From NCBI RefSeq assembly GCF_009914755.1, contig NC_060939.1: a stretch of DNA of 64,000 nt; one strand, given 5' to 3'. Of the stretch, positions 55,140 to 64,000 are shown piece by piece. The position numbers and the translations under genes were made by a program. This DNA comes from the human T2T-CHM13v2.0 reference genome, Homo sapiens. Position 1 is the stretch's first letter. Each line of letters starts with the position of its first letter. The notes beneath the pieces are model-generated. The model was not told where the DNA came from and ran no database searches. It saw only the letters and a list, made by a program, of their open reading frames with translations.

Positions 55140-55775
55140 GAAAGTATGGGGTATCTCCCATTACTCCCCCTTTCATTTGTTTTAAAGGAGAAAGGGAGAG
55201 GCCAGAGACCAAATGTCCCGGTTCCTCTGTAGCTGATCTCTCGGGAAGATAAGCAGCCCAGACTTGAGTTTCTAGATGGATATAACCAGGTGCATTTCTG
55301 AGGCACAGAGGGTGTTATTTATAACCCATGATAACATTAAATGTAGTGCCTTCTTCTCCTGGTTGAGCAGGGCAACGGTCATCTGTAGCTCCAGGCATCC
55401 ACAAACTATCGTTAATGTAGATTTCCGCAGGAGCATCAATCCAGGTGAGAGGTCGAATAAGTGGAGGAAAGGGCACATAAGCCCAATAAGAATAATTTTG
55501 TGTAGCAGGTAAATAAGTGTGAGAGGAAACTGGTGAGACAGAAAGTATAAGGAGGAGAATCATTAAATAAAACCTAGTGTAAGCGAGATTCAGTGCTGAA
55601 GGAGGAAGAGAAGAACAGAGGGATGTTATTTTCAGGCTAATAGAAATGGTGAGATTTTTTAGGTCTGTAAGGAGAAAAAGAAAGGTAATTAGAAGTGGGA
55701 TTAGTTAGATGGGTCTCCATTGCCATCAGGGAGGATCGAATCAGACCCATTGTGATTTGGTGTGCCTGCTTCTGA
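55140..55775 (-). pseudogene. env remnant, signal peptide and SU N-terminal part
   Basis: [19 protein letters not shown] motif, typical of HERV-K env. Confidence 0.9.
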
Positions 55776-56361
55776 GTTAACAAATCCATCACCTCACGTA
55801 CTTACCATTTTTTGTGGTGAAAACATTTAAAATCGATCATGTATATATGTTTAACACAGAGGTATTTTTCCCAAGGTTCGGCTGGGCTTAGTTTTCCTAG
55901 GAAAACTGGATTACGGTACTTGTAAGTTTAATGGATGTGAAATTGATTGAATTTTAAGAAATTATAGCAAACTATATTCAGTTGAACCTTGGGGAAATAT
56001 ACTTGTAGAAAGATGTTCATTTATTTACAATGTATGTCTGCTATTCCAGGACTCTCATTTTGTAAGCATACTAGAGGAGGTGAATTAGGAGCAGATTAGA
56101 TCACTTGATACACATTACCTTATATATAAAGAATACATATATATGTATGTGTGTGTGTATGTATCTCTATATATATACATTTATATATATGTATTTATAC
56201 TTTTTTTTTTTTTTTTTTTGAGACAAAGTTTCACTCTTTCGCCCAGACTGGAGTGCAGTGGTGCAAGGTGCAATCATAGCTCACTGTAACCTTGAACTCC
56301 TGGGCTCAAGCAATCTCCCCTCCTCAGCTTCCCAGACAGCTAGGACTACAAGTGTGCATCA

Positions 56362-56766
<405 letters not shown>

Positions 56767-57896
56767 TCAAATGGTCCTCTCACCTCAGCCTCTCAATGCA
56801 CTAGGATTACAAGTGTGAGCCACCACACTCCAAAATTTTTCAATTAACACATTTATAAATATTCTCAGAGAATGCCAATTTAACTATTAGAGGGAAATCT
56901 AGTTTGCCTTATTTCCAAGTTCTCAGTGGGTTGTTTTGGAAGAAAGGAACAGAAACTACTCAAACTAGTTTAATCAATAAAAATAGAAGGTAGAGTTATT
57001 GGAATGTAGGGATATCTCATAACTCAAGAGCATTAATCCTTAAGAGTTCAAGGTTTTTTTAAAAAAAAAAAAAAAAAAGTAAAAAAGAACCCAAGAGCAG
57101 GAGGAGTAAGTACTGCTAGGCTTCTGAGAAACTGGAAAGGCGATCTGGAAAGGAGTCAGAATTCAAATGGTTTATTTATCTTTGACTCTCTCCTTAGTAT
57201 CTCAATTTCTTTTTCTTTTTCTTTTTTTTTTTTTTTTGAGACAGAGTCTTGCTCTGTCATCCAGGCTGGAGTGCAGTGGCACGATCTCAGCTCACTGCAA
57301 CCTCTGCCTCCCAGTTTCATGCGATTCTCCTGCCTTGGCCTCCTGCGTAGCTGGAGGCTAATGTTTGTATTTTTAGTAGAGATGGGGTTTCACCATGTTG
57401 GTCAGGCTGGTCTCGAACTCCTGACCTCAGGTGATGCGCCTGCCTCAGCCTCCGAAAGTGCTGGGATTACAGGCTTGAGCCACCACACCCGACATCAATT
57501 TCTTAATCTTTCTGCAGATGTGCTTTCTCTGATTGGACATTCACACACATCTATCTGTGTACTTTGCCCCATAAATTCCTGAGGTCAGACTTGAATATAA
57601 AGCCAAGTCTAATTTTCCAGGAGCAGGAAAATGATTGGCCAATTTGGGGCCAGATGAACACTGCTGGTACAACTGGTGGCCAGAAAGGTAAGTCATGTGA
57701 CTACAGTCAGCTAGGAGGAGGGCTGTAGGTTTGCAGATGCTCTAAGGGTGTGGGAAGAACCGGAGGCAAAGGTGTGTAACTTTGATATGGAAGAAAGTTC
57801 ACTATTATCACAGGTAGTATCTATAATCACTAAGTTAGGTTGTTTCTACATCCAGAAAGCTGCCTGAGTCTGTTCTCTCTGTCATTCCTCTAATTC

Positions 57897-58220
57897 AGAG
57901 GACCCCAACGCCCCAACACAGACCTGTCGCCTATTAGGAACTGGGCTGCACAGCAGGTGAGCAGCTAGCAAGCAAGCATTACTGCCTGAGCTCTGCCTCC
58001 TGTCAGATCAAGGAGAGCATTAGATTCTCACAGGAACTCAAAACCTATTTTGAACTGCACCTGTGAGGAATCTAGATTGCACACTCCTTATGGAAATCTA
58101 ATTGATGATCTTGAGGTGCAACAGTTTCATTCCGAAACCATCCTCTGCCTCATGCCCACCCCCCGAGCCCTGTGGAAAATTGTCTTTCACAGAACAGCTC
58201 CCTGGTGCCAAAAAGGTAGA
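57897..58220 (+). mobile_element. MER1B-like hAT-Charlie DNA transposon
   Basis: Motifs TTAGGAACTGGGCTGCACAGCAG, CCTGAGCTCTGCCTCCTGTCAGATCA and TCCCTGGTGCCAAAAAGG. Confidence 0.75.
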
Positions 58221-58399
58221 ACTGGAATCTAATCCAAATCTTCATCTCTTTGTTGAAATATTGCAAGAACTTCCTTTTTGGTGTCTTCACTTTCACGCTC
58301 CTGAAATCTGTTCTTCAACGCCACAAGGTAATAGTGTGAGGATTAACTAAAAACTTTGTCAACTTTAAAGCACTCCACAAATATAAAGTAGTAATAAGG

Positions 58400-60030
58400 C
58401 CATTGCAATGGTTCACACCTGTAATTCCAACACTTTGGGAGGCCAAGGTGGGAGGATCACTTGAGGCCAGGAGTTCAAGGCCAACTTGAACAGAGCGAGA
58501 TGCTGTCTCAAAAATAAAAAAATAAGGCCGGGTGCGGTTGTTCACACCTGTAATCCCAGCACTTTGGGAGGCCACGGTAGGTGGATCACCTGAGGTCAGG
58601 AGTTCGAGACCAGCCTGGCCAACATGGTGAAACCCTGTCTCTACTAAAAATACAAAAAATTAGCTGGGCGTGGTGGCAGGCGCCTGTAATCCCAGTTACT
58701 TGGGAGGCTGAGGCAGGAAGACTCGCTTGAATCTGGGAGGTGGGGTTGCAGTGAGCTGATACCACGTCCCTGCACTCCAGCCTGGGCAACAGAGCAAGAC
58801 TCCATCTAAAATAAATAAATAAATAAATAAATAAAAATAAAAATAAATTGGTAAGTGGAGGGAAAATAGATCTAACCAAATGACTTGTCTTCTTAAAAAC
58901 TTCAATGATTTCTTCAGTACCTAGAGACCAAAGCTCCTTACCTTTTTTTTTTTTTTTGAGACGGAGTCTTGCTCTGTTGCCCAGGCTGGAGTGCAGTGGC
59001 GTGATCTCGCTCACTGCAACCTCCACCTCCCGGGTTCAAGCACTTCTCTGCCTCAGCCTCCCAAAGAGCTGGGATTACAGGCATGCACCACCACGCCCGG
59101 CTAATTTTTGTAGTTTTAGTAGAGATGGGGTTTTGCCATCTTGGCCAGGCTGGTCTTGAACTCCTGACCTCGTGATCCGCCCACCTTGGCCTCCCAAAGT
59201 TCTGGGATTACAGGCTTGAGCCACCGCGCCTGGCCTCTCCTTACATGTTTTGTTGTTGTCGCTTGTCTTTTGAGACAAGGTCTCACTCTGTAGCCCAGGC
59301 TGGAGTGCAGTGGCCCATCATAGCTCACTGCAGCCTTGACGTCCTGAGCTCAAGCAGTCCTCCCACCTCAGCCTCCGGGATAGCTGAGACCACAGGCACA
59401 AGCCACCACGCCCAGCTTATTTTTTTTTTTTTTTTTTTGAGATATGGGGTCCCACTATGTTGCCCAGGCTGGTCTCCAACTCCTGAGCTCAAGCGATCCT
59501 CCCCCACCTTGGCTTCCCAAAGTGCTGGGATTACAGGTGTGAGCCACCGTGCAGGCCTTATATGATCTTCATATCCTGAACTAAATGTAACCTTCCAGTT
59601 TCGGCACTTGCTCTGGCACTTTTCCTCCCTCGCCAGATAATACTAATCTTTAATCATGTAGTTCGTTTCCATGCCCATACTACCCTATTTGCTTATAATG
59701 TCTTCCACTTCGCCCAAGAAACCCTACTCAGCTAGCTTGTGGTGTTGTTTTGACACAGTCTCGCTCTGTCGCCCAGGCTGGAGTACAGCGGCGAGATCTC
59801 GGTTGGCTGCAACCTCCTCCTGAGTTCAAGCGATTCTCGTGCCTCAGCCTTTCGAGTAGCTAGGATTACAGGCATGTGCCACAAAACCTGGCTAATTTTT
59901 GTATTTTTTACTAAAGACGAGGTTTCACCACGTTGGCCAGGTTTATCTCCAACCCCTGACCTCAGGTGATCCGCCTGCCTTGGCCTCCTAAACTGCTGGG
60001 ATTACTGGCGTGAACCACCGCGCCCGGCCC
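58400..60030. repeat. Alu cluster upstream of the RAD51 promoter
   Basis: Five or more Alu copies; head-to-head and tail-to-tail pairs. Confidence 0.9.
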
Positions 60031-60810
60031 TACTCAGCCTTTAAAACCGGAATCACGGGTCAAAACTTTCTGGTAAACCACGATACGGTTTAGGTTATGA
60101 AATTCAATGCCCCCTTCCTCTGAACTCCTGCAAATCTCCAGTAAAGCACCACAGATTGACGAATATTCCAGCCATTTCCCTCTCCCGTACGCTAGCTCCA
60201 TTTCCCACTTCTATCCATCTTCTCGAGCTTCCTCAGCTCCTCCACCTCCATGAGGCCTGGAAAGCACCTTGCTCCAGGAATGCGAGTAGGAGGCTCAGAG
60301 CGACCAGAAGTGCCAAAAGCTGACATTCAGATACTGCCGAAACAAACCACAAGAGCGCTAGGGCCCCCGCTAATAGTCCAGCTGCGATGGTGAGAACTCG
60401 CGGACCCGCCGGCGATGCATGCCGGGAGATGTAGTCCCGGGCCGACGCATTACCTCTTGGGAGTCGTGGTCTTCGATCTGGTAAACAGAAGACGGCAACT
60501 CGGTTAAGTCTTCCCCCACCGCCCCCTGAAATCCCTCGCCCCACCCGCGAGGGACTGGGGTAGGAGTAGGGGCGTTGCCGTGGTTAGCCTCGAACTCCTA
60601 GGCTCAGACGATACTCTCGCCTCGGCCTCCCGAGCAGCTGGGACTACACGCGTGAGCCACCGCCCCCGGCATAAAGTTTGAATTAGTCCTTACGCAAAAA
60701 GGGAAGAGGGCAGTCTGTAAACTCGCGCAGGATCAAGCTCTCGAGCTCCCGTCTTGGGTTAGCGCGCAGGGCGGAAGCGGGGAGAAGGCGGATCCGGGAG
60801 GCGGGGATAC
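59400..60810 (-). ncRNA. RAD51-AS1: RAD51-AS1 (TODRA) divergent lncRNA region; boundaries not determinable from sequence
   Basis: Prior knowledge of the locus plus the bidirectional promoter architecture; exon structure not verified here. Confidence 0.5.
60417..60435 (-). promoter_or_regulatory. ZNF143/THAP11 (SBS with ACTACA extension) motif
   Basis: Reverse complement ACTACATCTCCCGGCATGC versus consensus ACTACAnnTCCCAnnATGC. Confidence 0.75.
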
Positions 60811-60846
60811 GTTACGTCGACGCGGGCGTGACCCTGGGCGAGAGGG

Positions 60847-60858
60847 TTTGGCGGGAAT
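60847..60858 (+). promoter_or_regulatory. E2F site TTTGGCGGGAAT at the RAD51 TSS
   Basis: Overlapping E2F consensus on both strands; matches the known RAD51 E2F element. Confidence 0.85.
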
Positions 60859-60877
60859 TCTGAAAGCCGCTGGCGGA

Positions 60878-61107
60878 CCGCGCGCAGCGGCCAGAGACCG
60901 AGCCCTAAGGAGAGTGCGGCGCTTCCCGAGGCGTGCAGCTGGGAACTGCAACTCATCTGGGTTGTGCGCAGAAGGCTGGGGCAAGCGAGTAGAGAAGTGG
61001 AGCGTAAGCCACGGGCGTTGGGGGCCGTGCGGGTCGGGCGCGTGCCACGCCCGCGGGGTGAAGTCGGAGCGCGGGGCCTGCTGGAGAGAGGAGCGCTGCG
61101 GACCGAG
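60878..61107 (+). other. RAD51: RAD51 non-coding exon 1 (start approximate), with alternative internal donor after 61003
   Basis: Recognised RAD51 5'UTR; donors GAG|gtgagt (61107) and AGC|gtaagc (61003), 104 nt apart. Confidence 0.9.

Positions 61108-64000
<2,893 letters not shown>

Noticed and set aside
60233-60544. 103-aa minus-strand ORF with a hydrophobic C-terminus (possible RAD51-AS1 micropeptide)
   Set aside because: GC-rich CpG-island ORF with no recognisable homology, apparently not ATG-initiated; unsupported without Ribo-seq or conservation data.

Overview
Human (or very closely related hominid) genomic DNA from the KNL1-RAD51 locus. Positions 1 to ~30,045 hold the 3' half of KNL1 (CASC5) on the + strand: 13 coding exons whose splice phases all join, encoding the coiled-coil and tandem RWD C-terminus that ends ...[11 protein letters not shown], followed by a ~2.1 kb 3'UTR containing an inverted Alu pair. 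Positions ~30-60 kb are intergenic and almost wholly repeats: Alus, an MST LTR, two antisense L1M-type elements, a solo LTR12C, a full SVA and a rearranged MER11/HERV-K(HML-8)-type provirus. Positions ~60.3-61.3 kb are the CpG-island bidirectional promoter of RAD51/RAD51-AS1 and non-coding RAD51 exon 1, which here carries the 135C allele. I found no convincing new gene or new biological system. The most notable sequence-supported observations are: (i) a multi-junction inversion/deletion of the HML-8 provirus, shown by an inverted target-site duplication; (ii) a 156-bp near-perfect templated insertion inside an Alu; (iii) three retroelement insertions that landed on KNL1 splice signals and duplicated or mimicked them; (iv) the RAD51 5'UTR variant next to an alternative donor and a G-quadruplex motif. 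Gene and repeat-subfamily names come from recognition, not from a database search.
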